DNA from: Octopus vulgaris
Taxonomy: Eukaryota
NCBI GenBank assembly: GCA_951406725.2
Contig: OX597818.1
Coordinates: 108,624,001-108,688,000 of the forward strand
Reading direction: 5' to 3'
Length of the DNA stretch: 64,000 bases
Every line of letters starts with the position of its first letter. Within the stretch, counting starts at the first letter, position 1. Below, piece after piece: positions 1 to 12,879 of this stretch. The translations under genes and the position numbers were made by a program. The notes beneath the pieces are model-generated. The model was not told the DNA's origin. It did no database searches and saw only the letters and a list, made by a program, of their open reading frames with translations.

Positions 1-794
1 CACAAGGTGTAAGATTTTGGTGGGGTGGGGGACAGTGAGTGCTTTTGAGCCTTGTAGCTTGATTGGTTCTTTTATCTCAAAGGTTGGAAAATATAGCTGA
101 CTTCAGTAGGAAATGAACTCAGAACGTAAAGAGTGGAACAAATTACTGCATGATGTTTTTCTGATGTTCAAATATAATTTAAATAAAATGAAAATCTTGA
201 AACTTAGACTCATCTTCCCATAGAGAGGAGGTGATAAACTCCACCTGGACCAAATTAGTGTTTCCAACAACTCTGATCCTCTCCTTTTTTCATCTGTTTT
301 TCATCTGTCTCATAGTTTACATAATTGCTTATTCTAAAAATGCCTTTGAGAAAATTTTGGATTGAAGTAGCCAAGAAGAAAAGACACCTGTTTTGATTTC
401 ATGTTATTGTTTGAAAGTTAGAAATGTCCTGTCTTCAGCATTTTATAACCTAGGCTCATCTCCTCCCCCAATAGACACTGAATTTATCACAAAATAGCCA
501 GGTAAATTCTTTAAGTTTGCTATCAATTCTTTGTTTGTTGTGCAAAGAACTGCAAATTTCATTTTGGTTGGGGATGGAACAGAAGAACTCCACATATGCA
601 CAAAACAAGACAAATCCTTTCCTACTTTCAAAGAAGCCAACAAATACAAAACAAACACAGTTCCAAGACTGTTCTTAGACAGTTAAGGAGGGGGGAGAAA
701 TGGCTTCAGAAATGAGTAAAAAATGTGAAGACTATACTAAAAATGTAGCAACAGAATATGAAGTGGTAGCAAGAAAAGCCTCTACAGTACCAAT

Positions 795-1057
795 AATAAA
801 AATAAATGCACCCTTTTAAAGCCTAGTCAGGCTCATTGGCCCGGTTTCCTGATTTCTGTGGCATATGTGTTCCCCCCCAGCTGGACGGGACGCCAGGCCA
901 TCGCAGCGTTACTCATTTTTGCCAGCTGAGTGGACTGGAGCAATGTGAAATGAAGTGTTTTGCTCAAGAACACAACGCGCTGCCCGCTCTGGAAATCAAA
1001 ACCACAATCTTACGATCATGATGCTGACACCCTAACCACTCAGCCATGCGCCTCCAC
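795..1057 (-). mobile_element. tRNA-derived SINE (family 3) with 13-bp target-site duplication
   Basis: Minus-strand head GTGGAGGCGCATGGCTGAGTGGTTAGG with an A-box. Exact TSD ctacagtaccaat at 782-794 and 1058-1070. Related copy at ~12880-13167. Confidence 0.85.
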
Positions 1058-1587
1058 CTACAGTACCAATGCCAGAACAAATTGAACAGGATGGAAATAG
1101 ATGAAGAAAAATTTCAATTCTGGTTGAAGATAGAAGGACTCAAAACTGAGACTGTAGAATTCTTGATTGTGCCACATAATCAAAGGCTTTCCATTTGAAG
1201 TCTTTAAAAGCATATTATGAAGCAGAATGCCATGACTTCAAAACTGAGATTTTAAAGAATTAACTATGTTATCTTCAGCTCTCCTGTCTTATCCAAGAAG
1301 AAATATGTCTACTTAGATTATAGAGTTGTAGCTTTTATACATTGGAAGTTGTTCCGGAAATCTGAAATATTGGTTTCAAAATTTGGTAGAAGGTCAGAAA
1401 TTTTGGTGGGAGGGTTACATTGACCCTAGTGTTCAGCTGGTATTTAGTTTATTGACCCCGAAAGGATGAGAGGGAAAGCTGACCCTGGCAGCATTTGAGC
1501 TCAGAATGTAAAGACAAATGAGTCAAGTAAAAGTAGTACAATCAGTCAAGGAACCTTCTGGCACTAATCTTCTACAGAAAGACCTCA

Positions 1588-2088
1588 GTCATCATCATCA
1601 TCATTGTCGTCATCGTTTAACATATGTTTTCCATGTTAATATGGTTTGGACAACTCAACTGGGGTCTGGGAAGCCAGGAGGCTGCTCCAGTCAGATCTGG
1701 CAGTGTTCCTACAGCTGGATGCCCTTCCTAACACCAACCACTCTGTAAGTGTGGTGGGTGCTTTTTACGTGCCACCAGCAGAGGCCGGAGGAGGCTGGTA
1801 ACAGCCATGATTGGTTGGTGCTTTTTACGTGCCACCAGCATGGAAGCCACTCAAGGCGACGCTGGCATCAGCCATGTTCTGATGGTGCCTTTTATGTACC
1901 ACTGGCATGGGGATCACAGCTACAATTTCCATTTGATTTTTATTCTGATGTTGATGTACTTGACTCAATAGGTCTCCTTAAGCACAGCAGGTTGCCCTAC
2001 TATCCAAGGTACTTTTGAATGGGCTGGGGCAGGTTATGTGAAACTGGTGTAGGATGCAGCCATGAACTCACTTTATTTGCCGGGTCAT
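1588..2088 (-). mobile_element. RTE-family 3' UTR/tail fragment
   Basis: (CAT)n-cgtttaac start and ctacagctggatgcccttcctaac core, shared with the RTE 3' ends at 39100-39632 and 61161-61745. Confidence 0.85.
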
Positions 2089-2988
2089 GGGCTGAGGACA
2101 ACAACATGTAATTTAATACAGGTGAATTGCAAGCCCTCCACTACCAGCTAATTGGTCACACCCACAATACTTTGGACCAAAAAGAGCAGTAATACCAGAA
2201 TCACATATGGTGTGTGGCCTTGGGATTGATATGAACAATGATGTCTCATTTCACATGCATATCACCAATATGGTGGCAATGTATGGGCAAATGGCTAGAT
2301 GTATTCTGAGAACCTTCAGAACAAGAGACTGAGAAACTATGCTGGTCCTATGCAGGACATTTGTCTTCAGCCATCTGGACTACTGCTCTCAACTGTGGTC
2401 ACCCTAGAGTGTTGGTATAGTAGCAGAACTTGAGGCAGTTCAGTGATGTTACACAAGGAAGATTGCATCAATGGAACAGCTGAGCTTCTGGGAGAGATTG
2501 AAAGAGCTACAACTCTATTCCCTGGAGTGAAGATAGGAGAGGTATGCAGTGATATATGTGTGGAAGATACTGGAGGAGCTGGCACCAAAGTTTGGAATTG
2601 AGAGTTATACCAGACCTCGAATTGGACATCATCACTGCACTGTCCCACAGGTCCTAGCTGTCCCATCTAAGGGTAGGACCATATAGTGCAATAGCTTGGG
2701 ATTCAAGGTCCCACACCTATTGAACACCTTGCTAAAACATCTGAGGGATTTCCATGGAGTGGGCGGGGGGTAGGGTGGGGGTGGGCGCAGATGTTTTCAA
2801 AAGCCAAACTTGACCTCTTACTATCCAAGATCCCAGATGAACCAATCTCAAGGCAGGAAACTCAAAAGAGGGCAGCAGTGTCGAATTCCCTCCTTCCCCA
2901 AAAGCCAATCACATAGGACTGGCCAATTAAAAGGTGATTACACTGGTGGTGCTCCAACTTGGCCACATCCTTAGGGCTGAAGCATTTT
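2088..2988 (+). mobile_element. CR1/L2-group LINE, RT C-terminus and 3' end (decayed)
   Basis: Translates to WAEDNNM*FN..ILRTFRTRD..HLDYCSQLWSP..WERLKELQLYSLE*R*ERYAVIYVWKIL, typical of CR1-group RT thumb regions. Confidence 0.85.
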
Positions 2989-4206
2989 ATCCTGTTTGCT
3001 AATGATTCTGCCAGTTCGCTGCCTTTCAACAATCGGAAATATCAAGTGAAAAGAGGTATCATAAGCATAATCCAGAAAAACGGCTGAAAGACTGACAAAG
3101 AGACAACAGTTTGGAATATACCATTCTATAACTTTGGAGTTTAAGGATAATCAGCCTGGCACTGTTTTCATGAACCTCCAGGAAAGAAATTACCTCATAA
3201 TTGAAATATCAATGCCAACCAATGATAATGGATTTCTGAAAGAAATCAAAAAGTTATCTGAATAAGAAAAACTCTGGAAACAGAGAAAACAAGAGCATAA
3301 GGCGGCACACAAACTGGAACAATCTCTGTGACTCGTGGCACTTTGGGAATTATCTAAAAAAGATGCAGACAATACATAGTCAAAACGCCAGAACTTACAA
3401 AGATGCTCACCATTACACCACCAAGCACTGCATCTATACAGAATAATGTCAATATAATAGAAGCAACAAAACAAAGACAAAGCACTGCACCTACCCAAAG
3501 CAGCCCAAACAGTTGCACTCAGTGGTGTTGCGAATACAGCATCAACAACAACAACAATGCTTTCTTTATAATAATAATAATAATAATGACAACGAAACAA
3601 TACATTAACAAAGTGGAGATGAGACAAAATGGTATTTCCAAAGGATTATCAATTGATTTCACTGTGCTAATCCTCTACGTATCTTTAATCTATGCTGTAC
3701 CTAAGTTGAGCTTCTGCATGCCATTTAAATATCTAACTTTCAGATCAATGTATTGATGACTAACTGTAGAGCAAGTTGTAACTTTCTCATCTATAATTCC
3801 CTGTACGCAGCCAACCAACGGAGAAAGGAAAGACAAGATTTGTCATTTAATTGATGAGTACGGAAGAGGAGAGCTTCTGTTTGGTGAAATTATAAAATAT
3901 TCAAAGAAACGTCAAAACTCACCTTTCCTCACAACACACAAACTTATATTAACAATTTTATTAATTGTGTTTTTTAGTTTTATTTTTTGCTAAGTCAAAC
4001 TATTGCAAACTTTCACAAATTTTAGTCTTTTTTGGTGCTTTCTTATTCTTTGTTTTTTTTTTTTTGTTTCTGCTTGGTGAAGCAAACTTGACAACATAGT
4101 TTCAATTTCTGACTTGAGTCAGTCATTTTGATTTTTTTTACCTTAAAAATTACCCGATTTTCTGTTAAGAAACTGATTGGCTTACACCTTTGACTTTTCT
4201 CTTTGC

Positions 4207-4368
4207 ATACAAACACACACACATACATACATACACACATACATACATGCACATACATGCATACATACATATGCACATGTACACACGCATACATACATAC
4301 ACACACATACACATACACACATACATACACACATGTACACGTACATACAGTTACATACACATACATAT

Positions 4369-4402
<34 letters not shown>
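4207..4402. repeat. Compound (CA)n/(TACA)n microsatellite
   Basis: Directly visible; source of the HT/VC-rich ORFs. Confidence 0.95.
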
Positions 4403-4404
<2 letters not shown>

Positions 4405-5836
4405 CAAATCTGTGCATTCAATAAAACAGCGGCCCACAATGTGTTTTGGCAGTGCCAATACTCATACCAACATTTGGGCTGCTTGATTGGACGCTTGATG
4501 AGATCTGTTCCATTGATGTGAAAACCCAGAAGATACTAACAAACACACATAATTTCCACATCAACAGTGACAGAGACCACCTCCACCTAAAATGAAAACA
4601 AGGTGGCAGACGCTTAACATCGATCCAAGATGCCTTTGAAAGTCATATCATATCCTTTCACCAACACCTTTTAACTGCCAAATCTTGAAGTGCATCCCTT
4701 GACTGAGTTTGCATTCATGAGGCTGATTACATCATAAGACTTGGAAGGCAGGTCCTTGAGCAACACTCTTTGTCTGATAACCTAGAATACATGCCCAATG
4801 AAGTCACACAACTCTATCACAACATATCATCAGATGAAAGAATGAACTTATATGAGCAGAAGACTATGCATGGATATGTTAGTAGAAAGCTCCGTGATGA
4901 TAGTAACATCGATCATCAAAGCAGATTATCATGGGCCAATAGCCGGATAACTATTTTGAAAGGTATGTGTTTGAAATCCAGGAACAGGAAATCTCAACCA
5001 AGTACCTGATGCACAAAAGAGATAGAGATGCTGGAAAAGCAGTAAAATGTGACAACTGATGCAGACTTTGTGGAGTTCATACTGAAGATATCACCCACAC
5101 CATAAGCAGTTGTCCGAAAATCTCATCACGGTATTATCTACCAATGAGACATTACTTTGTAGCTAGGACAAAGAAATAAAAACCCACAATATGGTAGAGG
5201 CCATAGCCACTCATAATAAAAAGGAATACTGGTGGAATGTACCAGTGAAGACCTCAATAAAATGTAAGCACAACAGACCTGATATAATGATTTGGGATAG
5301 AGAAGAGAAACTGTGCATGGTTGTGGAAATTAGCTGCCCAGCGGATGTTAACATAAAGCTGAAGATCAGTGAAAAAGAGAACACCTGGTCTGAACTATTG
5401 AGAAATCTGCAGTTACTCTATCCAGATTACAGGTTCAGGCTTATACCTGTAATTATTGGGGCCCTGGGATATGTAACACTCTACCTAATTACCAATTTTG
5501 AGGAATTAGGCTTCTCAAAACCAGAAAGAAGAAAACTAATTCGAAGACTACATATCCAAGCCATTACTGGAACTGTAAAAATCTGTAAAACTTTGCAGAA
5601 GTTTATCATTTAAATATATATGATCATGTCTAGATATGCAACTATATGCATGAGAATGCATATAGAAAGTGAAACATACAAATCTGTACATATACACACA
5701 CACACATTCACTCATACATACATACATACACACATACCCTGTTGATGATTTTGAAGTTCCAATGAAGGAGCCTTGGATCTAGGTTAGAAACCGGCTTTTC
5801 TCTATTAGCAAGAAATCTTGAAATAAAACTGAATAA
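4403..5836 (+). mobile_element. 5'-truncated R4/Dong-like (REL endonuclease) non-LTR retrotransposon
   Basis: CCHC knuckle CRLCGVHTEDITHTISSC (~5060-5113). ORF 5191-5613 has NRPDIMIWD..VVEISCP (PD-(D/E) nuclease) and IPVIIGALG. The 3' UTR ends in (CA)n. Confidence 0.9.
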
Positions 5837-5867
<31 letters not shown>

Positions 5868-7080
5868 TTACATACATGTATTATGGTATAGTTTAGTGTG
5901 TACAAGCTCACATGTTTGTTTTGTTTTTAGTTTCAAATCATCAGGATTTTGAGAAAAAAATAATTATAGAGGTTCTCATACTTGTGTGAAGGAGAAAAGG
6001 AGGACAAAGAATGAGCGGAGGGTGTTTTGGGAAAAGGTTGAAATAAGGTTTGAATATATGGCCATTAAATTCTGTATTAGGATAATGGCTAAAAACAAAT
6101 AGATTGGTTATGGAATTGAATTTTTAAAAAAAGGACAGTTTTTGTTGATAGGGAAGGGAGATAATTTATGTTCATGTTTCAGCTGTTAATTACATCTGAG
6201 GTGTGAATAAATTTTGAGGCCTGAGAGTGACATTAAAACCAACATTAAGTTTCAAAGTGTTTAAAGATAAATACTTAAGCGTAGTTATAGATTTGTAGCG
6301 TACGCTTGAGGAAAAATTCAATTGTAAAGTTATAGGAAATAGGATCGGTCATTTTAAGTATCTTAAGAATAATATTAAATTTGTTTAGTCTACCATGGAA
6401 TTCGGTGGAAGAAAAAGAGATTAGGAAAGACGGCAATGAAATTGTATTTGTTAAAGTAGAAATTAAAAACAAAATTGAAGATGTGAGAAGAATATTATTA
6501 AATTTATGTAGTTTACCACAATTTAGGTTGTGAAAAAGCCAAATTACTATAAAAGGATATTTGTTTCAATTACTATATAAGGGTGTTTCTTGAACTTAGA
6601 ATATTAAAATACAGCCTAAGTGAAGGAAATTTAAATGAAAAGGAAAAGAAATTTTTAGATGTTAGAAGAATTCTATGAAATTGGTTTAGGTGGAAGAAAA
6701 AAAATAAAACAACTGACCATATGATGGTATTTGCTAAACTGTGAATGAGAGAGGTTCATTCAGAAGGATGTTATTAAATTTATTTAGCTCCCTTAATTTG
6801 GGTAAAACAAAAACAAAGTTAAGTTATAAAGGGCCTTATAACAGTTTTCATTAAACAAGAGGATATTAAAAATAAAGTTAGGAAATATAATAGTATAAGA
6901 AAAATAAGCTCTTAAACTTCAGGAATAATAACTGAACGAAAGTATGTACGACTCTCAGGAGAGAATGAGAGACAATAAAGAGGAGCAAATTCTTTGGGTG
7001 AATAAATAGCATGCACAATTGAACATGGATATATGTTTAAAATTATATAAATACACATCTAGAAAAAAATGCTACCTATG

Positions 7081-7630
7081 TAGGAGTGGCTGTGTGGTAA
7101 GTAGCTTACTTACCAACCACATGGTTCCAGGTTCAGTCCCACAGCATGGTACCTTGGGCAAGTGTCTTCTACTATGGCCTCAGGCTGACCAAAGCCTTGT
7201 GGGTGGATTTGGCAGACAGAAACTGAAAGAAGCCAGGCCTTCTCAATCACAGCATATCTCCAAAGGTCTTGGTATCCTGTCATTGCCTCTGTGAGGCCCA
7301 ATGTTTGAAGGTCATGCTTCACACCTCATACCATATCTTAATGGGTCTCCCTCTTCCACAAGTTCCTTCCACAAGGAGTGGCACTTTCTCATGCAGCTGT
7401 CCTCATCCATACATATATTTGTGTGTCTGTCTTTGTACCACCATACCCCCACCATCGCCTGACAACCAATGTTAGTATGTTTACATCCCTGTAACTTAGC
7501 AGTTCGTCGAAAGAGTTCAATAGAATAAGTACTAGGCTTACAAGGAATAAGTCCTGAGGTCGATTTGTTTGTCTAAAGGTGATGCTCCATCATGGCCACA
7601 GTCAAATGACTGAAACAAATAAAAGAATAG
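7081..7630 (+). mobile_element. tRNA-derived SINE (family 1), interrupted by an antisense RTE fragment at ~7237-7410
   Basis: Head ggagtggctgtgtggtaag..ggttcagtccc, accttgggcaagt core and tail cagtcaaatgactgaaac match the full copy at 25579. Confidence 0.85.
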
Positions 7631-7779
7631 GTGTGAGTACGTCCAGATACAACAACCTGTCACAACCTAAAGAAAGGCGATTCTAAATAAAAAGAATCAA
7701 GATTATAAGAGTTAAAATACACAGAAAACTTCAAAAGTATATAAAAACATAAAGATGCAGAAAAATACAGAAAACTCTC

Positions 7780-8640
7780 ACTCTCAGAGCAACCACCTCC
7801 ACTACAGACTTGGTCACCTAGGTAGTGGAGGCTATTAACTACTTCTAGTTTCTTCCCCTGGCATGTGATGGAATCTGTTATTTGTACATCTTCAGTGTTT
7901 ATTGCCCCCGTGCATCTGCCACACACAAAAACTATCTTCCAGGTCAACTTTCCTTTGATGTTGCTGCACCTCTTATGTGTCCATAGCTTACAATGGGTAC
8001 ATCTTATGGAGTTTCTACCTATGCCTTTTCTACAGATCAAGCAGGGCCATCTACCTGAAGGGGGTTGTGATTTGACAGCCTTCCTACTTATTAAGACTTT
8101 GGTTTTAGCTAGGTTGACTCTAAGGCCCTTCGATTCTAATCCTTGCTCCCACACCTAAAACTTCTCTTGTTCTGATAGTGACTCAGCAATCAGAGCAAGG
8201 TCATCAGCATAGGGGAGCTCCCAGGGGCAGCCTGTCTTGAATTCCTGTTATTGCCTGGAGGAGTATAGTGAATAAAAGGGCGCTGAGGACCAATCCTTGG
8301 TGAACCCCTACATCTGTTTGGAATTCTTCACTATACTTATTGCCAACCCTCATCTTACTGACAGCATCCTTGCACAGCTCTTACCAACAACTCATCTATT
8401 CCCAGTTTCTGCACTGACCACCAGATAAGGGATCAGGGGACCCTGTCAAAGGCTTTCTCCAAGCCAACAAAAGCCAAGTACAGAGGTTTATCTTTGGCTA
8501 GATATTTCTTCTGCAGTTGCCTTACCAGAAATATAGCATCAGTGGTGCTTCTGCCTGGTACACAACCGAACTGCATCTCATCTAGGTTAACTCTCTCCCT
8601 AATTATTTGGGCTATGACCCTCTCTGTAACTTTAACATTG
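7780..8640 (-). mobile_element. RTE LINE RT fragment
   Basis: ORF 7660-8154 has GLRVNLAKTKVL, a Cys/His finger and LEVVNSLHYLGD. Upstream are QG.SA and YADD motifs. Confidence 0.9.
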
Positions 8641-8650
8641 TAACTTTAAC

Positions 8651-9078
8651 ATCGTCATCGTTTAACATCTGCTTTCTTGCTGGCATGGGTTGGATGATTT
8701 GAGTGAGGACTGGTGAGCCAGGAGGCTGCACCAGGCTGCAATCTGTTCTGACAAAGATTCTACAGCTGGATGCTCTTCCTAACGCCAACCACTCCAAAAG
8801 TGTAGTGGGTGCTTTTACATGCCACTAGCATGAGGGCCTGTCAGACAGTTCTGGCAATGACCATGCTCAAAAGGTGTTTTTTACGTGCTACTTGCACGGG
8901 AGCCAGTCTGGCGGCACTGGCAATGACCACGCTCGAATGGTGTTTTTCACACGCCACTGGCACATGTGCCAGTAAGGTGACACTGGCAACAATCACGCTC
9001 GAATGGTGCTTTTTACATGCCACTGGTATAGGAGCCAATCCGTGTCCCTGCCAACAATCACGCTTGGATGTGCTTTAA
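8651..9078 (-). mobile_element. RTE 3' UTR fragment with ~65-bp subrepeats
   Basis: catcgtcatcgtttaac start and repeated gtgcttttt(t)acatgccac units. Confidence 0.85.
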
Positions 9079-9577
9079 CTTATATATATATATATAAGTG
9101 CATAGATTCATATTAAAATAAAATTCAACTAAGAGATCATCATCATCATTATTTAATGTCCATTTTCCCTGCTGGCATGGGTTGGATGGTTTGACAGGGA
9201 ACCAGTGAGCTGCAGGCCTGAATCATGCTCCATGTCACATTTGACAGAGTTTATAGAGCAGGATGCACTCTTATTGCAAACCGCTTTGCAGTATGTGTAA
9301 GGTGAATTGTCAGAAGGGATCAGATCAACCCTGGCAGCATTTATTCAGGTACTTTGCATTTTATGGCAACACCTGCAATAATACTGGATGAGTTGGCAGA
9401 AGAGTCAAAAGTAGAGATTGCATTTTAGAGAGGAATTAAGGTAGACAAAATTCTGGTGTTTTACTCAGAAATAAACACTCTCTTTCCTTCTGAATTGTGG
9501 AGTAACTTGGTCAGGTAAGACAGTACTGGACAGTGAGAGAAAATGGCTTTAAAGAGCAAACATTTTAATTAATTTAA

Positions 9578-9799
9578 CCCTTTCGATACCAAGTTGGCTG
9601 AAACCACCTCTGATGTTGTAATGCAAATGTCTTGTTTTCATAAATTTTGAATTAAAATCTTCCACCGAACTTTAGTCACAATTTATGTTCCTAACACTAG
9701 CTTAATGATAACTAAGTTATTTTATTAAATTCTTTGTTATATTTAAAATTAATTGAAAGGCACGCAGAGCATCTCAACAGAAATACAGTAACAAAAGGG
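9578..9799. mobile_element. piggyBac-type MITE
   Basis: TTAA|CCCTTT ... AAAGGG|TTAA termini; second copy at 44942-45155. Confidence 0.85.
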
Positions 9800-9814
9800 T
9801 TAAGTAAATTGCCA

Positions 9815-10200
9815 GGCATAGGCATGTCTGTGTGGTAAGAAGCTTGCATCCTAATCTCATGGCTCTGGGTTCAATCTCAGTGTGGCACCTTGGGCAAATA
9901 TCTTCTACTATAACTTCAGGCTGACCAAAACTGTGTGAGTGAATATGGTAGACAGAAACTGAAAGAAGCCCTCGTGTGTGTGTGTGTGTGTGTGTGTGAT
10001 TGTCCCCAACAATTGCTTCACAACCGGTGTTGGTATGTATCCCTGTAGCTCAGAAGTTCAACAAAAGAGAGACCACTAGAATAAGTATGAAGCTTGAAAA
10101 AAGAAATAGGTCCTGAGGTCGATTCCTTCAACCAAAGATCCTTCGAGGTGGTGCCCCAGCATGGCCACATTCTGATAACTGAAACAAGAAAAAGATAAAT
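9815..10200 (+). mobile_element. SINE family 1 (diverged)
   Basis: Same head, core, (TG)n and tail organisation as 25579-26010. Confidence 0.8.
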
Positions 10201-12879
10201 GATACTTGGTGAAGAACCAAGAAGTCTTATCAAGGTGCCACTCTTTTGCACTAACACCAAGAATGAGACAGTACCTAATTAAAGGTAATTATGTCATGGT
10301 CTATCCATTGCTAAAATAGTCTTTTACAGTTTGGTTTAGTTTCTTCAGAGTGAATGAATGGAATATTCTTTTCTCAATGCCTACGTATAGCTTGGACACC
10401 AAACGATGTAGTCTTTAACAGTTTTCCCATTGTGTTGTATTTATCTTTTCCTACTTTTTGCTGAAGGATTTTTCCCTCCTACAATTCTTTCCTATCAAGT
10501 TTTTAGCCAAACAACTTTTCCCTCTTGTTTCTTTCCAGACCATTTTCTCTGAATTCTTTACTGTTTTTAATCTTACAGTTTCTTGCTGCAGCTTTTTTTC
10601 CCCCTCCAAAGTTATCCATTCCTAATCTTTTGCAGTTTTCCCCCACACACACATCCCACCTTCAGTAAATACACAAGTTTTCTTTCTGTCTTTCCGACAA
10701 GAATTTTTTGTCAATAATTTATATTTTCTGAAAATTATTCTGTTTTTGATTTCTCTTCCTTGCAACTCATCCAGTTTTTATAACAAAACTCATTTGATTC
10801 TCTCATTAAAATAATGTTCATTTCTAAAGGATAAAGCTTTGAAAGACAGTAAACTTGTTCTAACAGACTGTATTAGTCTTTCTATAATGCATGTATACAC
10901 GTGTGTGTGTGTTCTGCTTTTAATTATTTAAATTCTTTCTCTGAGGAAGGAGCTGGTATCTATGATACAAAACTCCATCATTGCAATCTAGATAACAAAA
11001 CAATGTCGCACATGCATGTATGTATGTATGTATGTAGGTAGGTAGTTAGGTACAGGTATGTGTGTGAGCATGCATTTGTATGTAAGTACACGCGTATGTT
11101 TGTATGCTTGCATGTATATGTTTACGTATGGCATCATCATTTAGCGTCTGTTTTCCATGCTGGCATGGGTTGGACGGTTTGACAGGGGCTGGCATGGAGA
11201 GCTGTCCAGACTTCAATTGCATAGTATCACTGTGTATTTGGCCTGCCAAGTACAGTGATACATATTACTGTATAATGAATACACACACACACACACACAC
11301 ACCTGCCATATCCAGAATGAAGCCTTTTCTGCTTCTTTCTCCCACTGGTAAATCCCTGGTTTGCTGCCCTTCCTAGATTTGATAGCAACCCATATGACGT
11401 GGTAGATTCAGGCACAAATTGTTGTGCTGGAGGCAGAGAAATGTCCAATAAAGTACAAATGGATAAAGTGCAGAAAGTCAGTGCATAGAATGGCTGGGAA
11501 AAGGCCAAGTGGGAAAATGCCTAATGGTGGAAAGAACACGAAAACCTATGTATGGCTGTCTTGTCTCGCTTATTTGATTTCTCTGTAAACCCCAAAATAT
11601 TTCAGCAAACCATACTCACAGTGTGCTCTACACAGCTATTAAAAGAAATCCCCTTCTTTATTTGGCTATATTCTTAGAGTCATCGTCATCATTTAACATT
11701 AATCTTCCCTGTTGACATGGGTTGGACAGTTTAACAAGAACTGGTAAGCCAGAGAGCTGCCCCAGGTTCCATCGTCTGCTTTGGCATGGTAATGCTCTGC
11801 AGTATTTGTTCTGGTTCTCTATTACTCACAGATGTGCATTTAAAAAGAATTATCATCATTCGGGATAAATTTACCTGTAATCATGATCTGTTCATTTAAG
11901 TAAAAAATCAGGCATCAAAATCTGTGACTCCATTTTTTCCTGCCTCCCCTTCTTATGGAAGAACATATATTTATGAATCTTATTTTAATGTGAGACTCAT
12001 CACAAATCAACAGAGATTGTTTAAATACACAGAAATATATTTCATAGAAACCATTAGTAATTGATTTGTGCCATTTTTTTCTAGAGAGAGAAATATAGAT
12101 AAGATCTCTGTTACCTTTCAATGCCTTGCCATCTGCACCACGCATAGAATAAAACTTCTCCAATTCCTTTCATAACTTATTCTATCCCCTGTTTTCATTC
12201 AGCTGATGATTCCTTATCCAATCGATAAAAGAAAGAAAGGAAGAAAGTCTGTTGATGTCATTAGTTAGTTAATCCAATTATATATCCATTTTGGTTCCAG
12301 TGTCTCATCTAGACAATGCTGCAAATCCACCAAGCTTAACGTCCAGCTACAATCTTTTGTCTTAATCCTTGCCCACTTCCTGTAGCCATCATTCTGATAT
12401 TATATTTATACAAGTGTCGAACTATTATTTCATCGTTCTTTCCCATAAAATAGAAATCAACATTTATTCCACTGTTTTTTAGCATTTAACTTGAGAACTT
12501 TATAGTTTTATCATATCAACTATGCTGATTGGGTTTCTGATGTTATGACAGCAAGCTTTCAGAATTGGTAAATTCTATCAGAGTTGAGAACTATATTTAG
12601 TAGTAGTGGTAGTGTTAGCAGAACTATGAAAAGTAACACAAACTGGATCTGATAATGATGGTAGGTTGGTGGTTGGCTTTTGCCATTCTGCCAAAACTGA
12701 GAGCATGTCACTAAGGTGGCAAGAAGCACCTGCCCAGTGGATCACACCCTGTTAAATATATTTATGTCAAACATTATCAAAATGTAACGGTTCAGACCAC
12801 ATTATTATAAATAGTTATCGTGTGTGTGTGTGTTACACTTCAATATCTATACTTAGTAGAGTGTTGTAAATTAACTGTC

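Larger units (their letters stand above)
440..3590 (+). mobile_element. Fragmented R4/Dong-like non-LTR retrotransposon (RT C-terminus to restriction-like endonuclease), split by younger insertions
   Basis: Degenerate + strand translations KFAINSL..EELH (~510-595), QEKPLQ..IDEEKFQFWLKIEGLKTETVEFLI (~770-1170) and YRVVAFIHWKL (~1320-1350). REL-region remnants at ~3040-3450 (IEISMPTNDN.FLKEIKKLSE). Ends in (CAA)n/(TAA)n. Many stops and frameshifts. Confidence 0.65.

Noticed and set aside
2761-2785. G-quadruplex-like G-run
   Set aside because: A local G-tract expansion inside a dead LINE, with no evidence of function.
4043-4521. Long His/Thr-, Val/Cys- or Tyr/Ile-rich ORFs (also ~17501, 18877-19405, 29149-29508, 47183-47645, 52167)
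   Set aside because: They are translations of (CA)n/(TA)n microsatellites, open in several frames on both strands.
5753-5802. Hammerhead-like topology in the REL element 3' UTR (CCAATGA..stem..GAAACCGGCT)
   Set aside because: The core deviates from CUGANGA at invariant positions, also in the related copy near 10945-10990. Not counted as a ribozyme without a consensus.
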